From contig JBGPIA010000007.1 of assembly GCA_041484665.1 (NCBI GenBank), forward strand, positions 32,001 to 96,000: DNA of 64,000 nt, in the 5' to 3' direction. Shown piece by piece: positions 28,326 through 39,227 of this stretch. The DNA comes from Candidatus Krumholzibacteriia bacterium. Its GTDB lineage: Bacteria; Krumholzibacteriota; Krumholzibacteriia; JAJRXK01. The translations under genes and the position numbers were made by a program. Within the stretch, counting starts at the first letter, position 1, and every line of letters begins with the position of its first letter. Below the pieces are notes generated by a model, which was not told where the DNA came from, ran no database searches, and saw nothing but the letters and a program-made list of their open reading frames with translations.

Positions 28326-30617
28326 ATGCGTCTCTCTCTCATGCGTCTGCTGTTGCTCGCAAGCGCGGCGACCCTGGCGTTCGCCGGCGCGCCAGCAACG
28401 CGTGACAACCCGGCCGCGACGCAGCCTTCACCGGTCGATTACGTCCGCCCGCTCGTGGGCACGCAGGGTGAAGGGAACACCTACCCGGGAGCGGTTGCGC
28501 CATTCGGCATGATGCAACTGAGCCCCGACACGGAGCAGTGGCTCTGGGAGACGGCCTCCGGATACGAGTACGCCGACAGCTCGATCATCGGATTCAGCCT
28601 GACGCATTTGAGTGGAACGGGCATTCCCGACCTGGGCGACATCCTCTTCATGCCCATGGTCGGAACGCCCCGCTTCGTTGCCGGGGGCAAGGCGCACCCG
28701 GACTCGGGATACCGCGCGACATACCTGCACGAGGACGAGGCCTGCTCGCCGGGATATTACCGCGTGAGGCTGCGCAAGTCCGCAGTTGAGGTGGAGCTCA
28801 CCACCGCCGAGCGTGCCGGCATGCTGCGCTTCACGTTTCCGGCGGCCGACAGCGCGTGCATCCTCACCGATCTCGCGCACGTGCTGCGCTGGCCCGTGGT
28901 GTGGTCGGACCTGCGCGTCGAGAACGACTCCACGATCACCGGCTTCCACCTGGTCAACGGCTGGGCCAAGGAGCGCTACGTCTTCTTCGCCGCGCGCTAC
29001 GCGCGTCCGTTTGCCGGCTACCTGATCGTGAAGGATGGCAAGCCCGTCCAGTACGATGGCTTTCGATTCCGAAGCCGCGCCGAGGCGGCCGGCAAGAGCC
29101 TGCAGTTCGTTGCGCTCTACCGGACGCGGGCGCACGAGCCGCTCGCCGTCAAAGTCGGCATCTCGGCGGTGAGCGCGACCAATGCCCTGCGCAACCTAGA
29201 CGCGGAGATCCCTGGCTGGGACTTCGAGCGGGTGAGACAGCAGACCAGGGACAACTGGAACCGGGAGCTCGGCAAGATCGAGATCGAAGGCTCGGCGACC
29301 GACATGGAGACGTTCTACACGTCGCTCTACCACGCCTTCCTGGCGCCCAGCCTGTTCGAAGACGTCACGCAGGAGTATCGCGGGCTGGACCAGAACCTCC
29401 ACCGCGCGGACTCCTTCACGAATTATGCCGTCTTCTCGCTGTGGGACACCTACCGTGCCACGCACCCGCTGTTCGCCCTGATCCAGCCGGAGCGGGATGC
29501 CGATATGATCAACTCGATGCTCGCCCACTACGATCAGAGCGTGGAGCACCTGCTACCCGTCTGGTCCCTACAGGCCAACGAGACGTGGTGCATGATCGGA
29601 TATCACGCGGTTCCGGTCATCGTCGACGCCTACATGAAGGGCGTCAGAGGCTTCGATCCCCTGCGCGCGTACGAGGCCATCAAGACCACCGCGCGAAATC
29701 CCAACTACGACAACGTGGCGACCTACGCCAAGCTGGGGTGGGTGCCCTTCGACAAGGAGAACGAGTCGGTCTCGAAGACCCTGGAGTACGCATACGATGA
29801 CTACTGCGTGGCGGTGATGGCGAAGGCGCTCGGGCAACACGCGGACTACGACGAGTTCACGAAGCGCGCCGGCAGCTACAGGAACCTGTTCGATCGGACG
29901 CACGGGTTGATGCGGGGCAGGGATTCGGCGGGCACATGGCGCACCCCTTTCGATCCGCACCGCTACGTGGAGGGCGGCGACTTCACCGAGGGGACGAGCT
30001 GGCAGTACAGCTGGTACGTCCCCCACGACGTGCCCGGGCTGATCGAGCTGCTGGGCGGCAAGGAGCGCTTCACGCAAAAGCTGGATTCGCTTTTCGTGGT
30101 GACCGCGGGCGACAGCATGCAGGGGGTCGATGACATCCAGGGGAGGATCGGGGAGTACTGGCACGGCAACGAGCCGAGTCACCACATCGCCTATCTGTAC
30201 CCGTATGCGGATCAGCCGTGGAAGACGCAGAAGCTGGTGCATGAGATTGTGAGGACCCAGTACGGGAACAGGCCCAATTCCCTGTGCGGCAACGACGATT
30301 GCGGGCAGATGGCGGCGTGGTACCTTTTCAGCGTGATGGGCTTCTACCCGGTGTGCCCCGGGAGCAACGTCTATGTCATCGGCAGCCCGGCGCTGCGCAA
30401 GGCAGTCCTGCACCTCTCCAATGGCCGGACGTTCACCATGACGGCCCACGGCTTGTCCGACGAGAATGTCTACGTGCAGTCTGTGCGGTTGAACGGCGCG
30501 GTGTGGGAGAAGCCGTACCTGGCGTACGACGCGCTGCGCGACGGCGGAACGGTCGAGTTCAGGCTGGGCCCGCGGCCCAACAGGGCCTGGGGTCGCAAGG
30601 AGCCGATTCCGCGGTAG
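28326..30617 (+). CDS. GH92 alpha-mannosidase, exported
   Basis: Signal peptide, GNTYPGAVAPFGMMQLSPDT, HLSGTG, FSLWDTYR, TEG, HGNEPSHH, GNDDCGQM. Confidence 0.95.
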   Translation: MRLSLMRLLLLASAATLAFAGAPATRDNPAATQPSPVDYVRPLVGTQGEGNTYPGAVAPFGMMQLSPDTEQWLWETASGYEYADSSIIGFSLTHLSGTGIPDLGDILFMPMVGTPRFVAGGKAHPDSGYRATYLHEDEACSPGYYRVRLRKSAVEVELTTAERAGMLRFTFPAADSACILTDLAHVLRWPVVWSDLRVENDSTITGFHLVNGWAKERYVFFAARYARPFAGYLIVKDGKPVQYDGFRFRSRAEAAGKSLQFVALYRTRAHEPLAVKVGISAVSATNALRNLDAEIPGWDFERVRQQTRDNWNRELGKIEIEGSATDMETFYTSLYHAFLAPSLFEDVTQEYRGLDQNLHRADSFTNYAVFSLWDTYRATHPLFALIQPERDADMINSMLAHYDQSVEHLLPVWSLQANETWCMIGYHAVPVIVDAYMKGVRGFDPLRAYEAIKTTARNPNYDNVATYAKLGWVPFDKENESVSKTLEYAYDDYCVAVMAKALGQHADYDEFTKRAGSYRNLFDRTHGLMRGRDSAGTWRTPFDPHRYVEGGDFTEGTSWQYSWYVPHDVPGLIELLGGKERFTQKLDSLFVVTAGDSMQGVDDIQGRIGEYWHGNEPSHHIAYLYPYADQPWKTQKLVHEIVRTQYGNRPNSLCGNDDCGQMAAWYLFSVMGFYPVCPGSNVYVIGSPALRKAVLHLSNGRTFTMTAHGLSDENVYVQSVRLNGAVWEKPYLAYDALRDGGTVEFRLGPRPNRAWGRKEPIPR

Positions 30618-30758
30618 CGACCGGGTGGAGCGCGCGGGGTACGCGCGCCGCTGGCAGGTGCCGGTCAAGCCTCACCCTGCAAGGGCCCGGTTGCCTGGGG
30701 CCACGCCGGAAAGCGGATGTCCGTCTGACCACCCCCTGACACGAGGAGGAAACGAACT

Positions 30759-31307
30759 ATGAAGATCTGTACCGCCATCCCGCGCGCCGTGCTGGCGCTG
30801 GTCCTGGCGCTGCCGCTGGTGCTGGCGCTGGTGCTGGCGCTGCCCGTGCGCGCGGGCGAGATGAAACCCGCGGCGACGCCCGATCCTGGATTCACCAAGC
30901 TCAAGGCGCTGCTGGGCGACTGGCAGGCGACCAGCCCCGACGGGAAGCCCGTCCGGTCGTCGTACAAGCTCACCGCCGCGGGCAGCTGCATCGAGGAGAC
31001 CCTCACGACCCCCGACGGCGGCGAGATGGTGACCATGTATCACATGGACGGCACGCATCTCATGATGACGCACTACTGCTCCGCGGGGAACCAGCCACGG
31101 ATGCGTTGCGAGACGGCGGGCGCGGACGCGAAGGCTCTAACCTTCACGTTCGTGGACGCCTCCAACATGGCCAGCAAGGACGACACACACATGCACAAGC
31201 TGGTCGTCTCGTTCGATGACCCCACCCATTTCAGCCAGGTGTGGACCCTCCACGACGCGGGCAAGGACATGCCCGTGACGTTCCACTTCGAGCGCGCCAA
31301 GTCGTAG
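30759..31307 (+). CDS. Exported hypothetical protein (beta-rich, THYC..GNQPRM motif)
   Basis: Strong GAGGAGG RBS, signal peptide, typical codon usage. Confidence 0.8.
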   Translation: MKICTAIPRAVLALVLALPLVLALVLALPVRAGEMKPAATPDPGFTKLKALLGDWQATSPDGKPVRSSYKLTAAGSCIEETLTTPDGGEMVTMYHMDGTHLMMTHYCSAGNQPRMRCETAGADAKALTFTFVDASNMASKDDTHMHKLVVSFDDPTHFSQVWTLHDAGKDMPVTFHFERAKS

Positions 31308-31399
31308 CAACGGAGCGCGAGGCAGGGATCCCGCTGGATGCGATCGTTCCGGCGCCGCGGGGCGCTCCCGGGGGCTGACCCCCCGGCGCCGGGCTCGTC

Positions 31400-32140
31400 C
31401 TACACACCGCCAGCGGCCTCGGCGGCGGCTTCCTCGTCCGCCGGGATCTCCCTGCCGTCGTGGACGATTCGACCGTCCTCGAGCTTCAGGATCCGGGAGC
31501 AGTTCCGGGCGAGACGCATATCGTGCGTGATCAGGACGATCGTCCCACCGTCCTGCCAGATGCGCGTGAACAGGTCGAGGATGCCGCGCCCGGTCCGGCT
31601 GTCCAGGTTCCCGGTCGGCTCGTCGGCGAGGATCACCTTGGGGTCATTGGCGAGCGCACGCGCCACCGCCACACGCTGCATCTCACCGCCGGAGAGCTGC
31701 GTGGGCAGGTGCTCGGCCCGTTGCGACAGGCCCACCTTGTCCAGCATCTCTAGCGCCCGCTCCCGGCGCTTGCGCGCCGGCTGCCCGGCGAAGAGCAACG
31801 GCATCTCGACGTTCTCGCGCGCCGTGGCGTAGGGGAGCAGGTGGAACGACTGGAACACGAAGCCGATCGAGCGGTTGCGCAGGATGGCCAGCTCGGTGGG
31901 CGTCAGGCCCGCGATGTCCCGTCCGCCGAAGTCGTAGCGGCCGCGGCTGGGCGTGTCGAGACAGCCCATCAGGTTCATCAGGGTCGATTTGCCGGATCCC
32001 GAGGCCCCGATCACGGCGACCATCTCGTGGGAGCGGATCGTCAGGTCGACGTCGGACAGCGCCGTCAAGGTGATCTGTCCGCTCGCGTAGACCTTCGTGA
32101 CCTTGTCCATCTGGAGGACGGGGGTCGTCTGCTCACTCAT
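31400..32140 (-). CDS. ABC transporter ATP-binding protein (MacB/LolD-like)
   Basis: GASGSGKST, LSGGEMQR, ILADEPTGNLD. Confidence 0.95.
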   Translation of the reverse strand: MSEQTTPVLQMDKVTKVYASGQITLTALSDVDLTIRSHEMVAVIGASGSGKSTLMNLMGCLDTPSRGRYDFGGRDIAGLTPTELAILRNRSIGFVFQSFHLLPYATARENVEMPLLFAGQPARKRRERALEMLDKVGLSQRAEHLPTQLSGGEMQRVAVARALANDPKVILADEPTGNLDSRTGRGILDLFTRIWQDGGTIVLITHDMRLARNCSRILKLEDGRIVHDGREIPADEEAAAEAAGGV

Positions 32141-33383
32141 GGCGCAAAGCCTCCACGGGATCCAAACGCACGGCCCGGCGCGCGGGCAGCGAGCCGGCCA
32201 AGCAGCCAATCCCGACCAGGACGACGACCGTGACCATCCCCAGCGGGAGCGAAAGGGTCGGCTTGCCCAGGAATTGCAGGGCCTCGCTCTGGATGGGGAT
32301 CCGCTGGACGATCTCGACCAGCAGCAGGGCGAACCCGATGCCGAGGTACCCGCCGAGCCCGGCGAGGATGAGCGACTCGCCGACGATTTGCGTGCTCACC
32401 GCCGACCGCTGTGCGCCGATGGCCATCTGCAACCCGATCTCGCGGGTGCGGCGGTGCACCATCACGAACAGCATGTTCGCCAGGCCGACGCCGGCGACGA
32501 GCAGCGTCATTGCCCCGACGATTCCCAGAAACGTCTGGATCCCGGTCATGATCTTCTTGGCCTCGATGTCGTTCTCAGCAGTGTCCCAGAAGTGGAGGGC
32601 GCCCTCGTCCTGGGGATCGAATCGGTAGCGCCGGGCGAAGACCTCGCGCACCTTCGCCTCGACCGCTTTGGGCGCCAGCCCCCGCGCGGCGGTGTAGAGG
32701 ATGTTGTTGTAGGGCTGCTTGCCGAAGATCGACTCGAAGGCGGAGAGCGGGATCGCGGCCTTGTCGATGTCCGGGCCGCCGTACATCCCGTTCTGCTGCT
32801 TGTCGATCATCACCCCGATCGCCGTGAACGGCACGCCGCGCACGAAAACCGTCTGGCCGATCGGATCGGCGGGGCCGAACAGCCGGTCCTTCAGCTTGGG
32901 ACCGACGAAGAGGACCCGTCGCCCCTGCGCCTGATCGACGTCGCTCAGGAAACGTCCCCCGGGCTGAGGATAGTGGGCCCGCATCGTCTCGAAGCAGGGC
33001 ATCACCCCGGTCAGGTGGGCCGAGACCGAGCGACTTCCCCAGCGCAGGTCGACCGCCCAGCGGCTGGCCTCCCCGGCGAGCTGGTCGATTTCGGCCACCT
33101 CGCGCCGCAGCGCGGTGACATCCTCCTCGGTGAAGCGCACATTGCGCCCCGGCTTCATCCCTTGCCAGGGTCGGGTCGTGGTCCCGGCCCACAGGATCAC
33201 CGGAGTGGTGCCGAGCCCCGCGCGCCCCTTCATCATCTGCAGCTTCAGGCCCTCCCCGAACCCGAGCAGAAGCATCATCGAGAGCGTCCCCCAGGCGACG
33301 GCCAGCAGGATCGAGGCGGGCCGCGACCGGCCCCGTCCGAGGAAGCGCCACATCATCGCGAGGCCTTGCATCCACGGTCTCAT
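32133..33383 (-). CDS. ABC permease (MacB/FtsX family)
   Basis: One TM, periplasmic domain, then three TMs; RTREIGLQMAIGA; DPVEALRHE. Confidence 0.92.
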   Translation of the reverse strand: MRPWMQGLAMMWRFLGRGRSRPASILLAVAWGTLSMMLLLGFGEGLKLQMMKGRAGLGTTPVILWAGTTTRPWQGMKPGRNVRFTEEDVTALRREVAEIDQLAGEASRWAVDLRWGSRSVSAHLTGVMPCFETMRAHYPQPGGRFLSDVDQAQGRRVLFVGPKLKDRLFGPADPIGQTVFVRGVPFTAIGVMIDKQQNGMYGGPDIDKAAIPLSAFESIFGKQPYNNILYTAARGLAPKAVEAKVREVFARRYRFDPQDEGALHFWDTAENDIEAKKIMTGIQTFLGIVGAMTLLVAGVGLANMLFVMVHRRTREIGLQMAIGAQRSAVSTQIVGESLILAGLGGYLGIGFALLLVEIVQRIPIQSEALQFLGKPTLSLPLGMVTVVVLVGIGCLAGSLPARRAVRLDPVEALRHE

Positions 33384-33388
33384 GGCAG

Positions 33389-34618
33389 CTAGCTCCTCAA
33401 CGCCTCGGCCGGGTTCAGGTAGGCCGCGCGCCGCGCGGGACCCATCCCGGCCACCACCCCGATCAACCCGAGCAGCCCGGCCGTCAGCGCGGCCGTGTGC
33501 CACGAGAAGATCGGCGTGCCCATCTCCTCATTGATGGGCAGATAGCGGCTCGCGCTGACCGCACCGCTGGCCAGCAGCACGCCCAGACCGCCGCCCACCA
33601 CAGTCACCAGCAGCGTCTCCAGCAGGACCTGCCCCAGGATCCACCCGCGGCGGGCGCCCAGGGCCATGGCGATGCCGATCTGCGTGGTGCGGTCCTCGAC
33701 CACCATGCTCATAATGTTCGCGACCCCGATCCCCGCGACCGCCAGCGTCAAGATGCCCAACAATCCCAGGAAGGCCTGGAAGCCGACGAACACCGTCGAG
33801 AACATCGCCAGCATCTCGCCGACGTCCCAGTCCATCAGGGCTTCGTGGTCGGATCCGTCGAAGTGGTGGATCTGTCCCAGCACGCGGAAAATGTCCGCCG
33901 TCACGTCGCTGCTCTTGGCATCCCGGCTCACCTCGACCACGAGGTTGTCGGGATAGCGCTCGCCGAGCGACGCCTGCATCACCGAGGAGGGGATGAAGAC
34001 CTTCCGGACGTCCGGGCCGTTGTAGTTGCTGTCCTGCTTCTTCTCGACCATCGTGCCCACGACGACGAAAGGGATGCCCGAGATCTCCAGCGTGCGGCCC
34101 ACCGCAGGCTCGTCGCCGAACAGGTCGTGGCGGACCTCAGTGCCCAGAAAGCACACCCGGCGGCGATCGCGTTCGTCCGGCTCGTCCAGGAAGCGGCCGC
34201 CGGCCTCCGCGACGATACGGCGCATCGCACCAAACCCGGGACGCACTCCGGAGAGATTGACCGACGTCTCGCCCCGGGGCCCCTTCAAGGTCGCGCTGTG
34301 GCCGTATTCGGGGCTCGCCCGCGCGACGCCCGGGACGAGGCGCGCGATCGCGTCAGCGTCTGCGTCCTCCAGGCGGATGTAGCGACCGCGGGGAAGTCCT
34401 TCATACGGGATCGACGTGCGCGAGCCCCAGATCAGGATGATCCTCTCCCCCAGCCCGGCCATCGTGTCCATCTGCTTGCGGCTGAGCCCTTCGCCGAAGC
34501 TCAGCAGGATGATCACGCAGAAGGTCCCCCAGCCCAGCCCGAACAGGGTGAGCCCGGTGCGCAGGCGCTGGGCCTTCATGTCGCGCCAAAACTGGGCGAG
34601 GACGATCCGAAGCTGCAT
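33389..34618 (-). CDS. ABC permease (MacB/FtsX family)
   Basis: GIGVANIM, RTTQIGIAMALGA, PARRAAYLNPAEALR. Confidence 0.92.
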   Translation of the reverse strand: MQLRIVLAQFWRDMKAQRLRTGLTLFGLGWGTFCVIILLSFGEGLSRKQMDTMAGLGERIILIWGSRTSIPYEGLPRGRYIRLEDADADAIARLVPGVARASPEYGHSATLKGPRGETSVNLSGVRPGFGAMRRIVAEAGGRFLDEPDERDRRRVCFLGTEVRHDLFGDEPAVGRTLEISGIPFVVVGTMVEKKQDSNYNGPDVRKVFIPSSVMQASLGERYPDNLVVEVSRDAKSSDVTADIFRVLGQIHHFDGSDHEALMDWDVGEMLAMFSTVFVGFQAFLGLLGILTLAVAGIGVANIMSMVVEDRTTQIGIAMALGARRGWILGQVLLETLLVTVVGGGLGVLLASGAVSASRYLPINEEMGTPIFSWHTAALTAGLLGLIGVVAGMGPARRAAYLNPAEALRS

Positions 34619-34705
34619 GGCGTTGCTTCTTCGCGGGGCGTGGTCTTCGTCTCTGCGGATCTGCGTCTGCCTGATTCGCGGGACCACCTGTCCGTCTTCG
34701 CGAGG

Positions 34706-35797
34706 CTACTTCTTCGCGAGCGTGCTGCGCGGCGGCTCGAGGACCACGTCCCCCTCGATCAGGCCCTGCTTGACCTCCACCGATAGCCCGTCGGAGAGCC
34801 CGGTCACGATCTCGCGCGGCTCGGGCTTCCCTTTCTTGCCGGGGAGGCGGACTGTGGCCTTGCCGTTCTCGTAGTGGACGACCCGCTCGGGCACGACCAA
34901 CACGCTGTCGGCGCGCGCGATCGCGATCTTCGCGTTGGCGGAATAGCCGGCGCGCAGGACGTTCTGCCCCGCTTCGCCGATCTCGGCTTCGATGTCGAAC
35001 AGGGTGGCCGAGTCCTGCTTGCGCGCTTTGGGAGAGATGCGGCGCAGCGTGCCGCGCACGTCGGCGTTGGGGATCGCGCCGACCGTGAAGTGGGCGGGTT
35101 GGCCGATCGTGAGCTTGCCGACATCGACCTCGTCGACCGTGCCGCGGAAGATTAGCTTGCCCATGTCTGCGAGGGTGATGAGAACCGTGCCTGCCTGGTA
35201 CGACGTGAGGGGTACGACCGGATCGCCCGGGTGCACCTCGAGGGTGAGCACGGTGCCGGTCACCGGCGAGCGGATCTGGTTGCTCAGCTCGCCGCCCTCC
35301 AGGTGGGCGCGCCCGTCCTTGAGCAGGTCGAGACGCTCCTGCTCGAGCTGCGCGCGCAACCGCGCCGAGTCGTGGGCGCGCCGTGCGTCCTGCAGCTCCT
35401 TGTCGGAGAGGATCCCGCGCTTGGCCATCTCCTCGGCACGGTCGAGCTCCCGTTGCGCCCCCTCTTCGGTGACGCGGGCCAGCTCGAGATTGCGCTGGCC
35501 CTCGGTCTTCTCGAGCGGGGTCGGGTCGGGCCGAATGTCGATCAGGGGATCGCCCTCGCGGACGCGGTCACCGACGGCGACGTGGACCTTGTCCACGATC
35601 CCCGGGATCTTCGACTTCACGGAGATCTCCTGCTCGGGGACCACGTTGCCGATCGCCAGGGCTTCCTGGACGATCCCTCCGCGCTGCACGGTGACCGTCT
35701 GCGGAACCTGCTCCGCGTGGAGCTTGCTCTGGCGGGTGAAGAACAGGCCGGATGCGACCGCGACCAAAATCGAGGCGAAGACGATCCAACGCTTCAT
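34706..35797 (-). CDS. Efflux periplasmic adaptor (MacA-like)
   Basis: N-terminal TM, lipoyl half-motifs (VKSKIPGIVDKVHVAVGDRV, IRSPVTGTV), coiled-coil hairpin; GGAGGTG RBS. Confidence 0.92.
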   Translation of the reverse strand: MKRWIVFASILVAVASGLFFTRQSKLHAEQVPQTVTVQRGGIVQEALAIGNVVPEQEISVKSKIPGIVDKVHVAVGDRVREGDPLIDIRPDPTPLEKTEGQRNLELARVTEEGAQRELDRAEEMAKRGILSDKELQDARRAHDSARLRAQLEQERLDLLKDGRAHLEGGELSNQIRSPVTGTVLTLEVHPGDPVVPLTSYQAGTVLITLADMGKLIFRGTVDEVDVGKLTIGQPAHFTVGAIPNADVRGTLRRISPKARKQDSATLFDIEAEIGEAGQNVLRAGYSANAKIAIARADSVLVVPERVVHYENGKATVRLPGKKGKPEPREIVTGLSDGLSVEVKQGLIEGDVVLEPPRSTLAKK

Positions 35798-36102
35798 CGG
35801 TACACCTCCCGTGGGGACGGCCGGACAGGGGGCCGGGCGCGCGGCCGGGCTGGCGGTCGGATGGGCGGTCGCAAGGGCGGCTTGCCAGGGCAGCCGTCCG
35901 CCGTGCGTCACCACGGGCCTCCTACGTGCGGGGAGGGCGTGGGGTTTCGTCGGGGGCGGCGGTCCGTGGCCGGCGGGGCCAGAGGCCACAGCGGCGCATC
36001 CCGACCCCCACGATGTCACAGATCCAGAGTCCGCGTCGCCAGCGCGCGTGAGACCACGCGGGCACACCGGTTGCTCGAGCATCCCGCCGTAGAGGTTGGA
36101 CG

Positions 36103-37233
36103 ATGGCGCTGACATCGGCAGACTTCGGCCCGGCAGCCCCACGTGTTTCCGTGGCCGAGCTCGCCCGCCAGTGCGACGAGCTGGCGGCCGTGCCCTGCCT
36201 GGCGGAGTCTCTCGACGCCTACCCCGATCCGGTGGCGGTGCTCAACGCGAGCCGGCAGATCGTGCTGGCAAACGAGTCGTTCGCGAAGGCCGCCGGGCGC
36301 AGCCGTGATGGCTTGCTGGGGATGCGCTTCGGTGAAGCGCTGAACTGCATCCACGCCAACGACGCGCCGCAGGGCTGCGGCACGGGCGCGGACTGCTGCT
36401 ACTGCGGCGCAGCCCTGTCGATGTCAGTTTGCGAGCTCAGCCGCCGGCCCGCCACGCAGGAGTGCCGGATCAGCACCGTCGGAGGCCCAAAGCCCAGCGC
36501 GCTCGACCTGAAGGTGCGGTCGAGCCCGCTCGTGCTCGCGGACGAAGGCTATCTGTTCATCGTGGCCGCGGATGTGAGCGCCGCGAAGCGGCGCCAGGTG
36601 CTCGAGCGACTGTTCTTCCACGACGCGCTCAATACGGTGGGCGGGATCAAGGGCATTCTCGAGATCTGGCCCGATCTCCCGCCGCAAGAGGCCGCGCAGT
36701 TGCGGCTGCGCGCGCAGCAACTTTCGTCCCAGCTCATGGAGGAGATCCAGGCCCATCGCGAGCTCATGGAGGCCGAGCGCGGCGATCTCGCCGTGCGGCC
36801 CGCGGAGATCCACGTCCGAGCGCTCCTCGACTCCCTGCGGACCCTCTATGGGAACCACCCGAGCGCGGAGGGCAAGCTGATCACGGTCTGTTGTGACGGA
36901 TCTGCAGAGCTGCGCGCGGATCCGGTGCTTCTCAGGCGAGTGCTCGGCAATCTCGTGGTGAATGCCCTTGAAGCGTCCAGGCCGGGCCAGGCCGTCACGA
37001 TGACACTGGCGCAGAACGCTCCGCCCGTGTTCGAGGTGCACAACGACGCGGAGATGCCCGAGGCGGCCAAGGCCCAGGTCTTCCAGCGATCCTTCTCCAC
37101 GAAGGATGGGGATGGCCGGGGAATCGGTACCTACAGCGTCCGCCTCCTGACCGAGCGGTATCTGGGGGGACGCGTGTCCTTCACCTCGGATGCCGCCTCA
37201 GGCACCACGTTCCGCGTGCGGCTGCCCGGCTGA
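36103..37233 (+). CDS. Cytoplasmic sensor histidine kinase with Cys-rich PAS domain
   Basis: PAS-like N-terminus, FFHDALNT H-box, NLVVNALEA N-box, FSTK, GIGTY G2 box. Confidence 0.88.
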   Translation: MALTSADFGPAAPRVSVAELARQCDELAAVPCLAESLDAYPDPVAVLNASRQIVLANESFAKAAGRSRDGLLGMRFGEALNCIHANDAPQGCGTGADCCYCGAALSMSVCELSRRPATQECRISTVGGPKPSALDLKVRSSPLVLADEGYLFIVAADVSAAKRRQVLERLFFHDALNTVGGIKGILEIWPDLPPQEAAQLRLRAQQLSSQLMEEIQAHRELMEAERGDLAVRPAEIHVRALLDSLRTLYGNHPSAEGKLITVCCDGSAELRADPVLLRRVLGNLVVNALEASRPGQAVTMTLAQNAPPVFEVHNDAEMPEAAKAQVFQRSFSTKDGDGRGIGTYSVRLLTERYLGGRVSFTSDAASGTTFRVRLPG

Positions 37234-37361
37234 TCGCGCGGCGCGCCGGCTCGCCCGGGTGCGCACTGCCATGCGGGCATCCCACCCAACAAGCGAACGC
37301 CAGAGCGCCTCTTTACGTCGTGTGCTGGCATTCGCCCAATCCCGCGCGGGCGGGCGCCGTG

Positions 37362-38207
37362 TCAATCCTCGTCCAGCCTGCGGTGGATCTCTTTCACGTC
37401 CAGTTGCTCCTCACCCCAGAGCAGCCGCCCTTCCATGCCACCGGCGACTGTGATCACCTCGCCGCTGATGTGTCGGGCGAGCAGCGGGGACGACAGGAAC
37501 ACGATCGCGTGCGCGATGTCCTTGGCGCGCGCCAGCTGGCGCAGCGGCATGGTGCGTACGACGCGCTTGACGACCGCTGAATCCCGCAGGGCGGGGCGCG
37601 CCATGTGCGTCACAGTCCAGCCTGGCTCGACGAGGTTCACGCGCGCGTACGGATCCAGGCGCACGATCTCGTTCTTGAGCGAGCGCATCAGCCCGTGGAG
37701 GCCCGCCTTGGACAAGGCGTAGTCGCAGTGGTCGCGCTCACCGAAGCGGCCGGCCGTCGAGCCGGTGAAGACGATCGACGCGCCGCCCTCCCTGCGCGGG
37801 CCCGTGCGTGCCAGTGCCGCCATGAATGCGCGTGCGGTCCACGCCGCACCCAAAAGGTTGGTCTCCACGGTGGCCCGCAGGCGCTCGACCGGAACTTCAT
37901 GCAGCGGCCGGTCCTCCGCCGGCCATACGCCCGCGTTGGCGACGCAGACGTCCACGCGACCCCACCGCGCGGCGGCCGTGTCCATCGCCGCGCCGATCTC
38001 GTCGGGCCGCGTCACGTCGGCCGGCAGCACCAGCGCACGCTCGCTCCACCCCTTCTGGAGCACGAAGTCCTCGAGCGACTTCAGCTGCCGCTTCCCCTGC
38101 AGCGCCAACAGCGCCCCTTCGGCCGCGAACGCCTCGGCCACGGCGCGCCCGATCCCGCCCGAGGCGCCGGTGATGAAAACGACCCTGTCCGTCAGCCCGC
38201 TCTCCAT
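37362..38207 (-). CDS. Short-chain dehydrogenase/reductase
   Basis: TGASGGIG, ANAG, YALSK. Confidence 0.93.
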   Translation of the reverse strand: MESGLTDRVVFITGASGGIGRAVAEAFAAEGALLALQGKRQLKSLEDFVLQKGWSERALVLPADVTRPDEIGAAMDTAAARWGRVDVCVANAGVWPAEDRPLHEVPVERLRATVETNLLGAAWTARAFMAALARTGPRREGGASIVFTGSTAGRFGERDHCDYALSKAGLHGLMRSLKNEIVRLDPYARVNLVEPGWTVTHMARPALRDSAVVKRVVRTMPLRQLARAKDIAHAIVFLSSPLLARHISGEVITVAGGMEGRLLWGEEQLDVKEIHRRLDED

Positions 38208-38326
38208 GCCGATCCCCTTTGGCTGCGCTGGCGCGGCCGTCGCCTTTGTCCGCGCCTTGGACCCTCTCCGAGCGAGCGTGCAGCATCCGCCGCCTGCGGG
38301 CGGCGACAGGCGCCTGCGCCGCGCTC

Positions 38327-39034
38327 CTAGCCCCCGTCCTGGAACTTGTAGCCGACCTTGTGGATGGTCTTGATGAAGTCACACCCGCCGCTGTCGCCCA
38401 GCTTGCTGCGGATGCGGGCGATGTGCGTGTCGACGGTGCGCGTCGTCGGCATGGCCCCCGGCTCGTAGCCCCAGATCACATTCAGCATCTCCTCGCGCGT
38501 GACCGGCTGCCCCTTGCGCTGGATGAGCAGCCGCAGCATCTCCAGCTCCTTGAGGGAGAACTCCAGCAACCGGCCCTCCTTGCGCACCTCCATGGCGGTG
38601 AAGTCCACCTCGATGTCGCGGAAAGCGAAGCGGTCGGGCGATGCCGCGGGGCGACCGGAGGCGGCGCGGCGCAGCACGGCCCGCACACGAGCGATCAACT
38701 CCTGCACGCTGAAGGGCTTGGTGATGTAGTCGTCCGCCCCGAGCTTGAAGCCCTTGAGCTTGTCCGCCTCGAGCCCCTTGGCCGTGAGCAGCAGCACCGG
38801 CGCCATGAACCCATCGCCGCGCAGGCGCCGCAGCACCTCGAAGCCATCCGCGCGGGGCAGCATCACGTCGAGGATCACCAGGTCGACGCCGCCCGCGCGC
38901 GCGGCAGCGAGCCCAGCGTCGCCGTCGGAGGCCGCGCGCACCTCGAAGCCCTCGTACTGCAGGTTGTGGGCGAGCCCCTTGCGCATGGCGGGCTCGTCCT
39001 CGACCACCAGGATGACCGGCTTGCCTGCGGTCAT
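38327..39034 (-). CDS. OmpR/PhoB-family response regulator
   Basis: VVEDE, LDVMLP, GADDYITKPF, RTVDTHIARIRSKL winged helix. Confidence 0.95.
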   Translation of the reverse strand: MTAGKPVILVVEDEPAMRKGLAHNLQYEGFEVRAASDGDAGLAAARAGGVDLVILDVMLPRADGFEVLRRLRGDGFMAPVLLLTAKGLEADKLKGFKLGADDYITKPFSVQELIARVRAVLRRAASGRPAASPDRFAFRDIEVDFTAMEVRKEGRLLEFSLKELEMLRLLIQRKGQPVTREEMLNVIWGYEPGAMPTTRTVDTHIARIRSKLGDSGGCDFIKTIHKVGYKFQDGG

Positions 39035-39227
39035 GCGTCCTCCGCATCGGTTGCCAATTGCTCGTCTTGGGCGGGCTTTGCAGCCGGCCGTGGCTCCATC
39101 GTATCACCGCTCGCCCGCAGCCGGCACGCGCCGCGGCGGCCCCCGGCGGCCGGCGCGCGCCACGCTGGCCGGGTCGCGCGGACCCTTCGCTGCACGCCCT
39201 TGGGAAACGTGGCGCCGCAGCTCCCGC

